Part shown: in pieces, positions 1 through 12,245 of the stretch
Layout: the number at the start of each line of letters is the position of its first letter
Numbering within the stretch: the stretch's first letter is position 1
DNA from: Lepidodermella squamata
Taxonomy: Eukaryota; Animalia; Gastrotricha
Assembly (NCBI GenBank): GCA_047495785.1
Contig: JBLDXI010000004.1
Location: forward strand, 620,001 to 684,000
Length of the DNA stretch: 64,000 nt
Direction of reading: 5' to 3'
Notes under the pieces: generated by a model
Database searches by the model: none
Told to the model about the DNA's origin: nothing
Seen by the model: the letters and a program-made list of their open reading frames with translations, nothing else
Translations under genes and position numbers: made by a program

Positions 1-24
1 CAAGAGACGGCAGAAGTGGTAATC

Positions 25-1632
25 TCACAACTTGCGGATGCGCTTAACGCGATTGACGCGACTGTGGATCGGGCTGTGCCGCAGGCTGCTGCCGATGTCG
101 CAATTGATGGCGGCGATGACAATAACGACGAGGATGCGCCGCAACGTGTTCCGTGACATCACTCCAACACCGATATAGAACAGTCGACCGTAGAGTTGTG
201 AGATAACCAGGGTTTCCAACACAGTGTTATTCGACTGATTCGTATTCACCGTAAAATCGAGCTCGTCAACACTTGCAATTTCGATTGGCGCCATCGAAAG
301 ATTGTCCATACAGTTGGATCCAACAACCATCAGCGGTAGCTCGTCGGCAACTTGGAGCGAGCCACCACACGGAATTTGCATCACCGTACCAGCCGGTGCC
401 AACTCCTCGGAAACGTTCTCCCCTTTCGTAAACTTGACCCGGGCATCTCCAGTCAACAACACGGTATCTCCACTGATTCGAATCGTTTTTAATCTCGGGC
501 ACACCACTGACTCGCCATGCGCCAGAACATCGAGTGAATGGGCGTTCGGCCGAACTGTAACTCGGGATTGGCTTGCGGCGTTATCGCAAAGATAGGTTCT
601 GGCGTTGGCTTGATGACATTGTGCCAGCCGGCTCTCTTCAAAATAAAAGTACTTGTCAACACATTTCAAAATTAACTTGCCCTTGTAAGCGTCTTCGGCA
701 GGTCCTACACAACCGCGGTTTGTTTTCAACGTCACTGGTGACAATCGGAAGACATGGCAATTCTCCATCGCGACGATTGGTAGCGACGCCCTTAGTTGGA
801 AGCTTACTTGTGACTGCTCGGTAACCCACTGGAAGTGTGGTCGTTGGAAGATCGGTGCGTGCCCTAGGACCATCGCCCGCGTAAGTTCCGAACCGTTAAT
901 GTGGTTGATCGCAGAGATGACGACTGTTTCGAATTTAGCACGTACAGCGTTCGGCAAATCGCTGACTGCAAAGCTTCCCATGCGACTTGCAGCCTTCAAC
1001 CGTTCGATCTGGTCCCAAACGGTGCGTTGTTCGACGAAATTCGATAAATGCCACACTGCTAGTAGTAATTGAGAATCGACCGCATTGCCCACTCCACCTT
1101 GATAATAATTAGTGAGAAAATCCTCAATGTCGCCCACTTCACTATGGAGTTGATGAGCCTCCGTCGACAGTGTTGCCGTCTGGTCATTGATTATTCGGGC
1201 TACGGTGTTTTCGCGTTGAAGGGTGTTGGCTTCATCGAGTAGCGCTTCTTTGGCGCCCCTGCCCAATATCGAGCATTTTCCATTGAAAAGTTCATAGAAC
1301 CATCGTAGCACCGCATACTCGCAAACGTCCCGTTTGGCTCGACGGTTGTCGTCGACGGTATCGGTGAATATTGGGGTTAGTTTGGGGAAATTGGCGTTCC
1401 ATTGGTCAATCATAGCTTTGAGGGCCTTCCACTTGAACATGCCGGCTCGGATATGGAGTGGTCGGAAGTGGAGGTCGTGGTGGAGGACAACAGGGACTTC
1501 AGTGTCATACCATGCGATCATTTCATGACTGCGACCAAGAAGTAACAGCTTCTGCCAAAATTCCTGCTCGACGGGCGTCGCTACCGTTCCAATTATCGTC
1601 GCACTCCATATAACATAAGATAAAATATTCAT
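25..1632 (-). CDS. env: Env-like glycoprotein (putative fusion protein)
   Basis: 535-aa ORF after integrase; N-terminal hydrophobic signal; furin-like RRAKR followed by a heptad-rich helix; Cys-rich ectodomain; pyrimidine tract plus AG directly before the ATG (splice acceptor). Confidence 0.75.
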   Translation of the reverse strand: MNILSYVIWSATIIGTVATPVEQEFWQKLLLLGRSHEMIAWYDTEVPVVLHHDLHFRPLHIRAGMFKWKALKAMIDQWNANFPKLTPIFTDTVDDNRRAKRDVCEYAVLRWFYELFNGKCSILGRGAKEALLDEANTLQRENTVARIINDQTATLSTEAHQLHSEVGDIEDFLTNYYQGGVGNAVDSQLLLAVWHLSNFVEQRTVWDQIERLKAASRMGSFAVSDLPNAVRAKFETVVISAINHINGSELTRAMVLGHAPIFQRPHFQWVTEQSQVSFQLRASLPIVAMENCHVFRLSPVTLKTNRGCVGPAEDAYKGKLILKCVDKYFYFEESRLAQCHQANARTYLCDNAASQSRVTVRPNAHSLDVLAHGESVVCPRLKTIRISGDTVLLTGDARVKFTKGENVSEELAPAGTVMQIPCGGSLQVADELPLMVVGSNCMDNLSMAPIEIASVDELDFTVNTNQSNNTVLETLVISQLYGRLFYIGVGVMSRNTLRRILVVIVIAAINCDIGSSLRHSPIHSRVNRVKRIRKL

Positions 1633-1742
1633 CTAAAAACAAAACACATACACCTTGCGCTGGCGCTTGACGCCGCGCAGCAACCACTTTTTTTTAATCT
1701 TACTACATACTAAGGGTTTCGGGGTTACTGGTTACTACTGTT

Positions 1743-3992
1743 TCATTTGTGAATTGGCAATCCTTGTAGTAGTCGATCCGTTTCCTCCAGGAAGTCGTCC
1801 GTGAATGATCTGATCGGAATTACTCGTTCGTCACTTCTCGCCGGTGCAGGTTGCTCGACCGTCGGTCGCTCCGACTGTTCCTCGACATTGTGACTTGCCC
1901 AGAATTCTGGCCAATTGGTTGATTCGTCGGGGTCTTCAGCGATTACGTCGAGGTCGTCACTGCCAACATTTTCCGTCCATTGTTTAGTCGTTGTCGGTGG
2001 GCATCCGAAATACGGTTTCAATCGATTGTGGTGTACAACTTTCTCCGGTCCACTGCCATCAAACAGTCGAATCAAGTAGGTGCTGTTCTTCAACGGTGCC
2101 AGTACGGTGAACGGGCCTCGCCAACTGAGTAGCCATTTGCGACCTTCGTTATTTTTCGTGTTTACCGTGCGTAAATTGAGCCAAACCAATTGTCCCGTTA
2201 CGTAGTTTGTCACGTTCTCCTTTTTGTCGTACTGGTCCTTTTGGCGTGCTTGCGCTTTCAAGAGTCTTTGCCGTGTCGCTTCGTACGCATCGCGCAGTGC
2301 TGCCCATGTTTTCGTAGCATAGCCTTGTGGGTCTTCTTTCGATGGGGTAAGACCGCTGGCGTGATAGGGTTCGTACAGTTGCAAGGCATCGATCGGAATG
2401 CGTGGCGGTCGTCCATACCATAGGAAATATGGCATGTACTTCGTTGATTCGTGCTCCGAAGTGTTGTAGGCGAACACTGCAACTGGCAGGTAACTATCCC
2501 ATTCGCGCTGTGACTTGCCGTGAAGGTACTTGGCTAGCATGTTTTGAAGGTTCCGATTCTGTCGTTCAACGAAACCATTTGTTTGGGCGTGGTAGCTCGA
2601 AGTTCGAACGTGTTTGATTTTCAGCATCTTGCAAACCTGTTCAACAACTTCAGAATTCAGAGAACTACCTTGATCATTCAAAAGTTTTTGAGGTACTCCG
2701 TGGCGAAGCATAAAACCGTTGAGGTGTTTTAGCAGTGTTTCCGACGTGTAGTTTTTCATTGGGAATGCTTCGATGTATTTGGAGAATAAGTCGCCAATGA
2801 CGAGAATGTACTGGTGACCACTCGACGATGTTGGCTGTATCGGTCCCATGACATCCCATCCGACGATTTCCATTGGTCGGTTGACCACAATCGGGTTGAG
2901 CGGGGCCACAGGGGTTTTTGGTGGGTTCTTGCGGCGTTGACATTGTTCGCAACATTTGACGTAGATTTCGGTATCGAGTTCGAAACCGCGCCAGTAGAAT
3001 CGTTCGCGTAATCGTTGAAGGGTTCGTTCGGTGCCTAGGTGACCCATATCGTCGTGGATCGCCTTAAGAATTTTAGGTCTTAACGCCGGCGGGATAACGA
3101 TTGCTCCTTTTTCACCTCTGTAACGATAAAGAACATTGTCAGCTAATTTTAAACCATACTTTTCGCCGATCGCTGGATTCTCTTCCAATTGCTTTATAAT
3201 CAAATTCAGTTCTTCGTCTTCTCGTTGTGCGATTTTAACGTCGTCGCGGTTGATGTCTGGTTGTTCGAACGTGATGATTTTTCCGACCATTGGTAAAGCT
3301 TCAAGGTCGGGTCTTCGCGACAGACTATCGGCATTAGAATGGTCGATGCCTTTTCTCCATTTGAACGTGATTTCATAGGGCATCAGTTGATACTCGTATC
3401 GTGCTAGCTTTCCTCCGCGATCTTTCAAAGCGCGTAGACTTGTCAAAGGGTTGTGGTCGGTCCATAGCTCGAATGCTCCACCTTGCGCTTTGGATTTCAA
3501 GAATGGTGCGAATTGCGCCACACCCCACGTTGCAGCCAAGAGTTCTCGTTCCGTCGTCATGTAGTTTCGTTCAGCTTGGTTCAATGTTCGGCTCGCGTAG
3601 GCAATGACTCGTTCTTGTCCGTCATGTTTTTGACTCAGGATGGCTCCGATAGCAAAGTTTGAAGCATCAGTGTCGACTCTGAAGGGTAACTCGAAGTTCG
3701 GGTAGGCCAAGATCGGGTGAGTAACCAGTTTGTCACGCAATGTTTCGAAGGATTGTTTTGTTTCTGTTGTCCAGTTGAATTTCTCGCCTTTCTTGAGGAG
3801 ATTGTATAGTGGTTTCGCAATGTCGGCGAATTTTGGAACAAAACGCCGGTAATAATTGGCTAGGCCCAGGAATGATCGCACTTGTGCGGCACTATTAGGT
3901 GTCGGCCAGTTTTTGACAGCTGAAATGCGATTCGGATCGGGTTTGATGCCATCTTTCGAGACGACGTGTCCCAAGTAGGTAACTGAAGGACA
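1743..3992 (-). CDS. pol: Pol C-terminal part: RT thumb, RNase H, integrase
   Basis: [30 protein letters not shown]; HHCC (HDDMGH...CEQC); DDE core (WDVMGP, NDQG, VER); GPF motif. Rejoins in frame (CNFL-CPSV) after removing the insertion and 2-bp TSD. Confidence 0.95.
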   Translation of the reverse strand, partial: CPSVTYLGHVVSKDGIKPDPNRISAVKNWPTPNSAAQVRSFLGLANYYRRFVPKFADIAKPLYNLLKKGEKFNWTTETKQSFETLRDKLVTHPILAYPNFELPFRVDTDASNFAIGAILSQKHDGQERVIAYASRTLNQAERNYMTTERELLAATWGVAQFAPFLKSKAQGGAFELWTDHNPLTSLRALKDRGGKLARYEYQLMPYEITFKWRKGIDHSNADSLSRRPDLEALPMVGKIITFEQPDINRDDVKIAQREDEELNLIIKQLEENPAIGEKYGLKLADNVLYRYRGEKGAIVIPPALRPKILKAIHDDMGHLGTERTLQRLRERFYWRGFELDTEIYVKCCEQCQRRKNPPKTPVAPLNPIVVNRPMEIVGWDVMGPIQPTSSSGHQYILVIGDLFSKYIEAFPMKNYTSETLLKHLNGFMLRHGVPQKLLNDQGSSLNSEVVEQVCKMLKIKHVRTSSYHAQTNGFVERQNRNLQNMLAKYLHGKSQREWDSYLPVAVFAYNTSEHESTKYMPYFLWYGRPPRIPIDALQLYEPYHASGLTPSKEDPQGYATKTWAALRDAYEATRQRLLKAQARQKDQYDKKENVTNYVTGQLVWLNLRTVNTKNNEGRKWLLSWRGPFTVLAPLKNSTYLIRLFDGSGPEKVVHHNRLKPYFGCPPTTTKQWTENVGSDDLDVIAEDPDESTNWPEFWASHNVEEQSERPTVEQPAPARSDERVIPIRSFTDDFLEETDRLLQGLPIHK

Positions 3993-3994
3993 AA

Positions 3995-6900
3995 CATTAT
4001 GTTTCCGATTTTCCGGGTCAAAGTCCATTGTCAGCCATTGCTGTCATCCATCAGCCACAGTCAGCTCGCGTGTTGTCGTCCAGAGAGCTTGGTGACTTGG
4101 TGACTTGGTGACTTGGTCGTGTCATTGCAATTTTCAATGCAATTTTCGCATTATTTTTCCAGGTGTTACTTATTACACTGCAGCACCTATAATGTGTTCA
4201 GAAAATGATCGGGAAGTCTCTTGCAACCTGCTATCAAGAAACGGGTGATTTGCGGTTACGTCTATGTTAACCTCTTGCTTTTAGTTCGGAATGAGTTTTT
4301 CAAGTAATTTAGGGACTTTTAACCACTGTTTAAAAATATGGCCAACGATGGTGGATCAAAATGATGCAATTAAACATTTTACAGGTTTGGTGCTACAAAA
4401 TCATGACAAGAGTAAGACTGAGATTAAAGATTTGCCAAGCGGGCGCAACTCAATGTTACCATGTGTTAATTCGATGATTTTGCGCTAAAGGCGACCAGCG
4501 AGAAAAAACCTCTATACAGAGTACTGCGCACTATAAACAGTACTACGCGCGCATAATATTATAAGATATACTTATAGCCCGCATTCTGTGTGAAAAATAA
4601 TGAATGCACTGGACAAATGACCAACAAATATAATGCGCTTTTGTGGATGTTACCATGAAATTTTCGGATTACCTGGTAGAGAACAGTCGAACGTATCCAG
4701 AAATTGATAAAAATGCATGTGTAACCGTGGGTTTTCTGCCGTTAGGCGACCTGATAGCGATCCGAAAGCGCAAAAACCTTGGAAAAATGCAAATACTGGC
4801 GCCTTTAGCGGCGTTTCTGCGAGGAACAAAATGGGTTCAACCACAGTTTTTTCCCATTCCCTAGCAGAGCACATGGAGAGCCTATCAGCGAAGTAAGAAA
4901 TAGCCAGTTAATATGGTTGTCATCCACGACTTTGAAGTCTTTTCCTTCCCGGCTTGCAAAACGAGGAAAAAGTGAAAATGGTGTGTTTTAACCTGTCTTA
5001 TCTCGAAAAAACCCATGGTTGCACCGTAGCTTTTTGTAGTCAAATAGGAGAAGGCACTGGGAGGAAGGTTTTGACAGGGAAAGCAGCAAGAACCACCCCA
5101 ACTTGTCCAAGACTTTTTTGTCCCGATTAGCACTCACTACGTCAGACCCAACACCTCGAAACTGCATGACATGGCGTCTTTTGGGGCATTGCTGCAAGAA
5201 ACAGATTGGTTTCAACCACAGTTATTTCGCGTTCTCTAGTAGAGCACAACAAGATCTTACTAAGGAAGTAAGAAATTTCCAGTAAATGCGGTTTTTATCC
5301 ACAGTTTAAAAGCCTTTTCCCTCCATATCCGATTCAAGTTCGAATCGAAGAGAAAGTGAGCATTTTCATCTTTCATGGCACTTATCTTGAAAAAACCCAT
5401 GGCTGCACCATAAGTTTTTGTATTCAAAAAGGAGAGGAGATTGAGAAGAAGGTTTTAAAAGAGAAAACAGCAAGAACCACGTCAACTTATCCACGACTTT
5501 TTCGCCCTGATGGGCAATCACATTTTAAGCTCAAAATCGAGTTTCAAAATTGGGCTGTTCCGAGACCTTATACAGCAGAGCCCTTTTTCACTTGTAACAA
5601 GTTGAAGGAAGCGCATACTTCTTATAAAATAGCAAATATGCGGGTGCTACCACGATTTGCTATCCATTCGGTCCCAGACTGCGGTAACAAGATGGTTGAG
5701 GTAAGGAGTCATCCGATTTTAGTCCGATTTCAGTTGCTCGTTTCCGTTTAGCTGCTTGGTAAAGATGCGTTCCCCATCATAGTTATCCACACCCGTTTTA
5801 ACTTGCATCGTATCCAAGACATTTTGGTGGTAAAACCGTTAGTCGGAAAAGTATCACTGTAGTGGCCTACAATGGCCCTCTGATTCATTGTAGCGGCCTC
5901 GGTTGGCCCTTGGGCTGGATCCTGCAGCGGGCATGCTCGGCCGTACTAATAACCACTGGCAACTTTTCTCGCTTTCGAGTTGCAGCCATGGTTTGGCTGA
6001 ACGATTTAGTTCTCTAAAACCTTCCATCCACCGAGCTTAACTAAATTACCCAAATGAGTCTTTTGATGGTAGACCTTACTACTGTTCAAGCGACAACGGC
6101 AGTCTCCCCGTGGCGGTAGCGGGCAACGTAATTCACGGCAAATGTTGGGTCGGGTCGCGTACGCCCTGCTGTCGTTGAAAGTGGACTCTCGGCGAGTGAA
6201 AAACGATCGTCTAGGAAAGCCTCCACGCGTTAGCTAGCTAGCTACCAGCAAATTGGGAGACTTGGTCTTGGTTTAAAAGTGACGAGTGACCGTCATCTCC
6301 TGCCTTGGCGGGGCCCCAGTGCTTTACATGTTCACAACATCGAACTACAAGGAGATGGATGTGGAGGTATCGGGCTACGGGAGTCTCCCCTCTGGTCCTA
6401 AGTCCTAACCAAAAGCAACCTACCCAACTTGCATACAACCAGCTGCCCCCAGATTATGCTTCCCATTCTAAAGGCACACGCAAGCTACTTTGCTCTTTGA
6501 ACATGAAGCTAAAAATTTGACGGTGGGCGGCGCCAACAATAGAACGCGATTGACGCAGTTGAAAAAAGTGCGGATCAAGGTTTTTCTGCGGTTTGGAAAG
6601 TGCACCGTTGAGTGAAATGACTCAAAAGCAAGGATTTTAGCCATATTAGATGGCACTCTATCACGTTTTAGCGCCAACGGGGAAAAGTTATCCCAATCCC
6701 TAGGCAGTCCAACAGCGCAACTCGACAAAGAGGCCAGTTGTCGGTGGTGCGGTGGTGCATGTTGTAGGCACTCATGCTGTTGCAAGATCAAGGCCAAGAC
6801 CAAGGGCCAACCGCGGCCGCAACAATGAATCAAACTGCCATTGTGGGCATTTTAGTAAATCTTGTCCGCGTTCTTGATACAAAGTGAAGACTACCATAGT

Positions 6901-9333
6901 GTCAAAATGGTACCTTTACCACTCCTACTAAATCAAAGGGAAACCAACTTACTTACATCTCACAAAGAGCATTCCGCAGGAGTAATTAGCAAAATCTACT
7001 GGTTTTACCACCGTATTTTCTTTAAGTTGATGCAAGCGAGCATGAGAGTCAAGAAGGATAATCGGAAACCTATCTGTGTACTACGTCAGTCCACAGATAC
7101 CAGGGATTTAAATGGTATGGGTCCGCATCTCGAGCGTCTTGTTGCCGCGGTCAGGGCAACGGTTCAGGCCGGAATGCATACCCCAATTCATGGTATCACC
7201 GGCATATTAGTTATCCTTATAGAAGAAGGCACTCTTATCAACTTGTGAGACTTCGAATAAAGTCTCTGCGTTGTGCGGTTTCAGAATAGAACGGCTTCGA
7301 ATCTCGATTTTGTGCTTGAAATGTAATTGCTAAGCATTACGAAAAAGTCGTGGATAAGTTGTGGTGGTTTTTGCTTTTTTCCCTTTTAAAACCTTCTTCT
7401 CAATTGCCTCCCCCATTTGACTACGAAAAATTACGGTGCTGCCATGGTTTTTTTCGAGATGAGTGCGATGAAAGATCCTAAATGCTCACTTTTCCTTCGA
7501 TTCGGACTTGATTCGGAAGTGGAGGGAAAAGACTGAAAAGCAGTGGATAAACACTACATTTACTGGGACTTCTTTCTTCCCAAGTTAGATCTTGTTGTGC
7601 TCTACTAGGGAATTTGACAAAACTATGGTTGAACCCATTCCGTTTCTGCAGCAGTGCTCCAAAAGACGCAAGGTCATGCATTTTCGAGGTGTTGGGTCGG
7701 ACGAAGTGAGTGCTAATCACGACGAAAAAGTCGTGGATAGGCTGTGGGGATCCTTGCTGCTTTTCCTGTCAAAACCTTCCTCCCAGCGCCGTCTCCAATT
7801 TGACAACAAAAAGCTATGGTGCAACCATGGGTTTTTTCGAGATAAGAGCGACTGAAAACACCAAATTTTCATTTTCTCACTGATTTGCAAGCCGGGAGGG
7901 AAGCGACTGAAAAGCCGTGGATAACCACCATATTAACTAGCTATTTCTTGGTTCCCCACAAAGCCTTTTATGTGCTCTACTAGGGAATGTGACAAAATTG
8001 TGGTTGAACCCATCCTGCTTCTTGAAGAAGCGCCGCCAAAAACGCCAGTGGGTGCATTTTTCCAAGGTTTTTGCGCTTTCGGATCGCTATCAGGTCGCCT
8101 AACGGCAGAAAACCCACGGTTACACATGCATTTTTATCAATTTCTGGATACGTTCGACTGTTCTCTACCAGGTAATCCGAAAATTTCATGGTAACATCCA
8201 CAAAAGCGCATTATATTTGTTGGTCATTTGTCCAGTGCATTCATTTTTTACCACAAAATTGCGGGCCAAGTATATTTCATAGTATTATGCGCGCGCGTAG
8301 TACTTTTTATAGTGCGCAGTACTCCGAATACGCGCTAGTAGCCCTGCATACTTTTATGTAAGCTGCAGAGTTTTTTGAGCGTGTATGCGATTGGTCTGTT
8401 ATAGCGTAAAACCATCGAATTGGAGTCAAATCAAAGCTAATTTCCGTCTTTTAGGTGAAAAGGAGACATCACACCAAGATGTATGCTTATTATCAAACAG
8501 AATATTTTTAGGAGAGCCAAATTTGCTTGTTGTATACAATATCCGGGTGGATATCATTGATGGATATTGGCCTGAAGGCAAGAAGGCTTTCTATGTGGGC
8601 CAGGGGCGCAGCCGAAGGCCGGAATGGTGGCCTGAAGGACGAATATCCATCGCTGTCCACCGATAACACCCGTATATGGTTGTTATCCGGCGTCAAAAAT
8701 CATAAAATCCGGATAACGGAGCCTAAGTTTAGATCCTGGCACCATAAACGCAACCAAGTTAAAAGCAGTGACTTCTTTAAAAATGCAGGCAAATCAGGCA
8801 AAGCAGGCCATGATCTCAAAGCGATGATCAGGCCTTATGCAGAAAATTGTTTTGGATTTCTGCTTATCAATCGCGATATTCCAGAAATATTTGAAAATTC
8901 ATTACTTCTGCAAATGCATTCTGCTTCCCATCTTATTCGGTTTTACCCCAAGCTAAAAGTCAGTAAAAAGTGAAATCAAATATTTATGTTTTCCTTTCCC
9001 CTAAATTCAATTTCTCAAAACAATTTGTTTGTACTTAAGTCATCAAAGCATAGATACCTTGACCTGAAAAATTATCAAAACGAAAAGCTGATCGATGATG
9101 TCATGGTTATTGATGATACAGGTACAAAATAAAGGTTATAGGTGCTGCAGTGTAATAAGTAACACCTGGAAAAATAATGCGAAATTTGCATTGAAAATTG
9201 CAATGACACGACCAAGTCACCAAGTCACCAAGTCACCAAGCTCTCTGGACGACAACACGCGAGCTGACTGTGGCTGATGGATGACAGCAATGGCTGACAA
9301 TGGACTTTGACCCGGAAAATCGGAAACATAATG
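3995..9333. mobile_element. Non-autonomous TIR DNA transposon inserted in pol (~198-bp TIRs, 2-bp AA TSD; CMC/EnSpm-like by TSD size)
   Basis: 3995-4192 is the near-perfect reverse complement of 9136-9333; termini CATTATG...CATAATG; removing it plus one AA restores the pol frame. Confidence 0.9.
4517..8326. repeat. Nested ~3.8-kb imperfect palindrome (foldback-like)
   Basis: About 4600-4790 is identical to the reverse complement of about 8054-8245; similarity continues with decreasing identity to about 5990/6710; ~385-bp sub-repeats in each arm. Confidence 0.85.
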
Positions 9334-10929
9334 AAGAAAATTGCATTTAGATGGTTTAATTTTCAAACCTGCATCACGCAGTCGAATGAAAACTCGTTCA
9401 AGACGTTCGAGTTGCTCTTCAAGTGTCTTGCTGAATACGATGATGTCGTCGAGGTACACCAAAACTTCGCGGTATAACAGGCCGTTTAGTACGAACATCA
9501 TCAATCTTTGAAACGTGGCTGGGGCGTTACACAGCCCGAATGGCATGCGGTTGAATTCGTAGAGTCCGAAGGGTGTGACGAACGCGGTCTTCTCCTTGCT
9601 TGATTCTTCGAGTTCCAATTGCCAGTATCCGCTGGTAAGGTCCATAGTACTGTACAGTTGCGATCCTCCCAGTGCTTCCAATATGTCGTCGGTACGTGGT
9701 AGTGGGAACGCATCTTTCTCCGTGACGTCGTTGACTTTGCGCAGGTCGACACAGAATCTCATTTCGCCCGACTTTTTGGGTACCATGACGATCGGTGATG
9801 ACCATGCAGATGAACTGGGGCGAATTACCTTTTTCTTAAGCATATCCTTGATTTTCGACTCGACTTCTTCCAGTTGGCTTCGTCCCAGGCGGTAACCGGC
9901 TTGACGGATTGGGCCGCCATTTGTTCGGATTTCGTGCTTGACGTAGGTGGTGTACCCGAAATCGTCGTCCGAGACAGAGAAGATTTCAGGGTATTTTTCT
10001 GCTAGCTGGTAGAATTTCTCGGCGTGTTCTTTCGGGATGTCGCTGTGTAGTTTGATCAGCTGGCGGAGGTTTGGCTTTGGGAGTTGCTTTCTTTCGGTTT
10101 CGGTCGCACGTCGGAATTTACCGATCGTTTGGATGGTTGCTTCTTCGACCTCTTCATACCCTGCAATAGGTTCATCTTTTTCAATGCTTACCGCTTCGTC
10201 CATCAGATTGACATAAAGTACGTTGACTTGTCCGTACGGTGTCTTTGTCAGGCTAGGGATAACTTCGCACATTTTCTGATTGCAAGTGTTTTCGGCGCCG
10301 ACAACGATGCCTGTTCCGTACGATTTCCGTTTACCATCACCAATGGTACCTCGGATCGCTTTGACACTGAACGCTGGGATCTCCACTTTTTCGCTAGCAT
10401 GTACGGCTGCCAACATTTTTCGCCTTGATTGGACTTCTTTGAGTTTTACTGGACCTTCCTTGAATTCGAGCGTCTTGCGTTGGAAGTTGATACCGTTGGC
10501 GTTTTGCTTCATGAAGTCGAACCCGAGTAGTCCGTCGGTGCACAAACCTTCGACAACCAAAACTTCGTCCTTGTATGCTTGACCATTTTCCGGGGTAACT
10601 TCGCACTTGGTTTTTCCTCGCACGCTGAGGTCTTGACCGTCTGCACCGACTGCTAACGCTGGTTCCAGGGTTGTTGACTTCGGGACATGTTTGCTATTGA
10701 TACAACTAATTTCTGCGCCTGTGTCTAACATAAACAACAAATTTTTCGATATATGTTTTCCTACATCACTACTATTAAATGAAACATCAGCATGTAATCC
10801 GTAACCCGCCACCTTATTGTTATTTACATTGTTTACCGTCATACATGCTTCCGGGTCGTTCGTATCGTCTTGTTGCTTGGGTCGTTCCGCTACTTTCCCG
10901 GACAAGGGGTCGACCCGTTTGCGTTTCCC
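9334..10929 (-). CDS. pol: Pol N-terminal part: aspartic protease and reverse transcriptase
   Basis: LDTGAEIS protease motif; RFCVDLR, MPFGLCNAPATFQR and YLDDII RT motifs; stops at the insertion after KPSKCNFL. Confidence 0.95.
10871..10929 (-). promoter_or_regulatory. Putative -1 ribosomal frameshift signal (G GGA AAC plus downstream pseudoknot-like pairing)
   Basis: Heptamer GGGAAAC at 10929-10923 in the gag frame; a -1 slip enters the pol frame (GKRKRV); GGGTCG/CGACCC and CTTGT/ACAAG pairings follow. Confidence 0.7.
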
Positions 10930-12020
10930 CATTCGTCGACTTGCGGTTGCCAGTAGATCGGATCTTCCGTGACTTGTTGTACGTTCCATGGCTTTACTGT
11001 TGCGTCGGGTTGGTTTTGTGGGTAACGGTCGTTCGGTGTCTGGTTTGTAGGTGCTTGACTTCGACATTGGGCTTGCACGTGTCCTCGACGTCCGCACTTG
11101 TAGCAAGATCTTCCGTTGTTACAGTTTCTCGCGATATGGCCGTGGCGTCCGCAATTGTAGCAACCCGCTGTAGGTGGTCTCGGCTGTTGTTGACCGTTTC
11201 GTCCGTTTTGCTGTTGTCGTGGTGGGTATCGGCGGTTGTTATTGCTAAACTGTCGTTGATCGGGCTCACGATTATTGCTCCGTCCGACTAACGATTTCAT
11301 AGTTTGTAGCATCTCGTTTTGATCGCGTACCAACTGAACCAGTAGCTTCACGGGGTCGTTGGTTCCGATGTCGTCCGGTGTTGGCCATACTTGGGCTACA
11401 ACTGCTCCGTTTTCGCTTAGTGTCGTTGAATTCAGCGCGGCTTCTTCTAGGGCTGCTAGTTCATACGCGCTCTGTAGTGACTTCGGTTCGCCGTGCCGGA
11501 AGACTGCCACCCGTAGTGCTGGTTTAATTCCCATTAGGAAACGTTGTGTCAGGCAGTACTCACGTTCGCTTTCCGTTTTGCCCATGTGTTGCATTATGCG
11601 TTTGAGGTCGCCGATGTAATCACGTACCGTTTCGTTTGTGCCTTGTACGCGTGAGAAGAACTGCTTCGTTGCTCTGCCTGCTGTCAGTCTTAGGTTGAGG
11701 CCTTCCTCCAGTACTGCTTTTGCTGTTGCTAGCGTTTTGATGTCGTCTCGGTTACCTTCATACCAGACTTGAAGTGCTTTTCCCCGTAGGAACGATCCCA
11801 GGATGTTGACAAAATATTGCATCTTCTCGACCTTGGATTTTTGTGGTTCCGAGGCATTTGGGTCTGCTCCACTCGTTGGTATCGGCAATGGGTCGGCGCC
11901 ACCACAAGCGTGAACGATATCGACGAATTGTCGCCACTCATTGTCGAATGCCATCCATGATTCGCCGGTGATTTTCGGGATGATCGTCGTCGCCTTGTCG
12001 ATAGACAGAGTTGTCGTCAT
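10890..12020 (-). CDS. gag: Gag (capsid-like region plus two CCHC zinc knuckles)
   Basis: ORF open from 12194, first ATG at 12020; CYNCGRHGHIARNC and CYKCGRRGHVQAQC. Confidence 0.92.
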   Translation of the reverse strand: MTTTLSIDKATTIIPKITGESWMAFDNEWRQFVDIVHACGGADPLPIPTSGADPNASEPQKSKVEKMQYFVNILGSFLRGKALQVWYEGNRDDIKTLATAKAVLEEGLNLRLTAGRATKQFFSRVQGTNETVRDYIGDLKRIMQHMGKTESEREYCLTQRFLMGIKPALRVAVFRHGEPKSLQSAYELAALEEAALNSTTLSENGAVVAQVWPTPDDIGTNDPVKLLVQLVRDQNEMLQTMKSLVGRSNNREPDQRQFSNNNRRYPPRQQQNGRNGQQQPRPPTAGCYNCGRHGHIARNCNNGRSCYKCGRRGHVQAQCRSQAPTNQTPNDRYPQNQPDATVKPWNVQQVTEDPIYWQPQVDEWGNANGSTPCPGK

Positions 12021-12227
12021 TGTTGTTGCTGCTGGCTTCTTCTGCGCGCTGGTTTTCTGACCAAGTCTCTTTAGGGTAATTGCAAGGAGGTCGGTGGATG
12101 GTTTGCTTGCTTCCGCTTGGCTTCTTCTGCTAGTGTTAGTAGCTTGGTTGCTTGCTTCGGTTTGGTCTTGCTCGCTGGGGTCGACCGGTTCCAACTTGAC
12201 TGCGGGATCTGCCGTTCTTGGCTAGAG

Positions 12228-12242
12228 CCACTTCTGACACCA
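12228..12242 (-). promoter_or_regulatory. Primer binding site complementary to the tRNA-Leu 3' end
   Basis: TGGTGTCAGAAGTGG, 3 nt after the LTR; matches the ...CCACTTCTGACACCA end of eukaryotic tRNA-Leu(CAA/CAG). Confidence 0.85.
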
Positions 12243-12245
12243 AAA

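Noticed and set aside
3995-4028. Listed N terminus [12 protein letters not shown] of the 761-aa ORF, and the C-terminal tail of the 629-aa ORF
   Set aside because: Both are read-in from the inserted TIRs, not real pol sequence.
4088-4117. (CTTGGTGA)n short repeats resembling a CRISPR or iteron array
   Set aside because: No spacers; they are subterminal repeats in the TIR, mirrored at about 9211-9240.
4643-8201. Paired ORFs MDVTMKFSDY... and MCS(A/T)RE... on opposite strands
   Set aside because: Chance frames duplicated by the inverted repeat.
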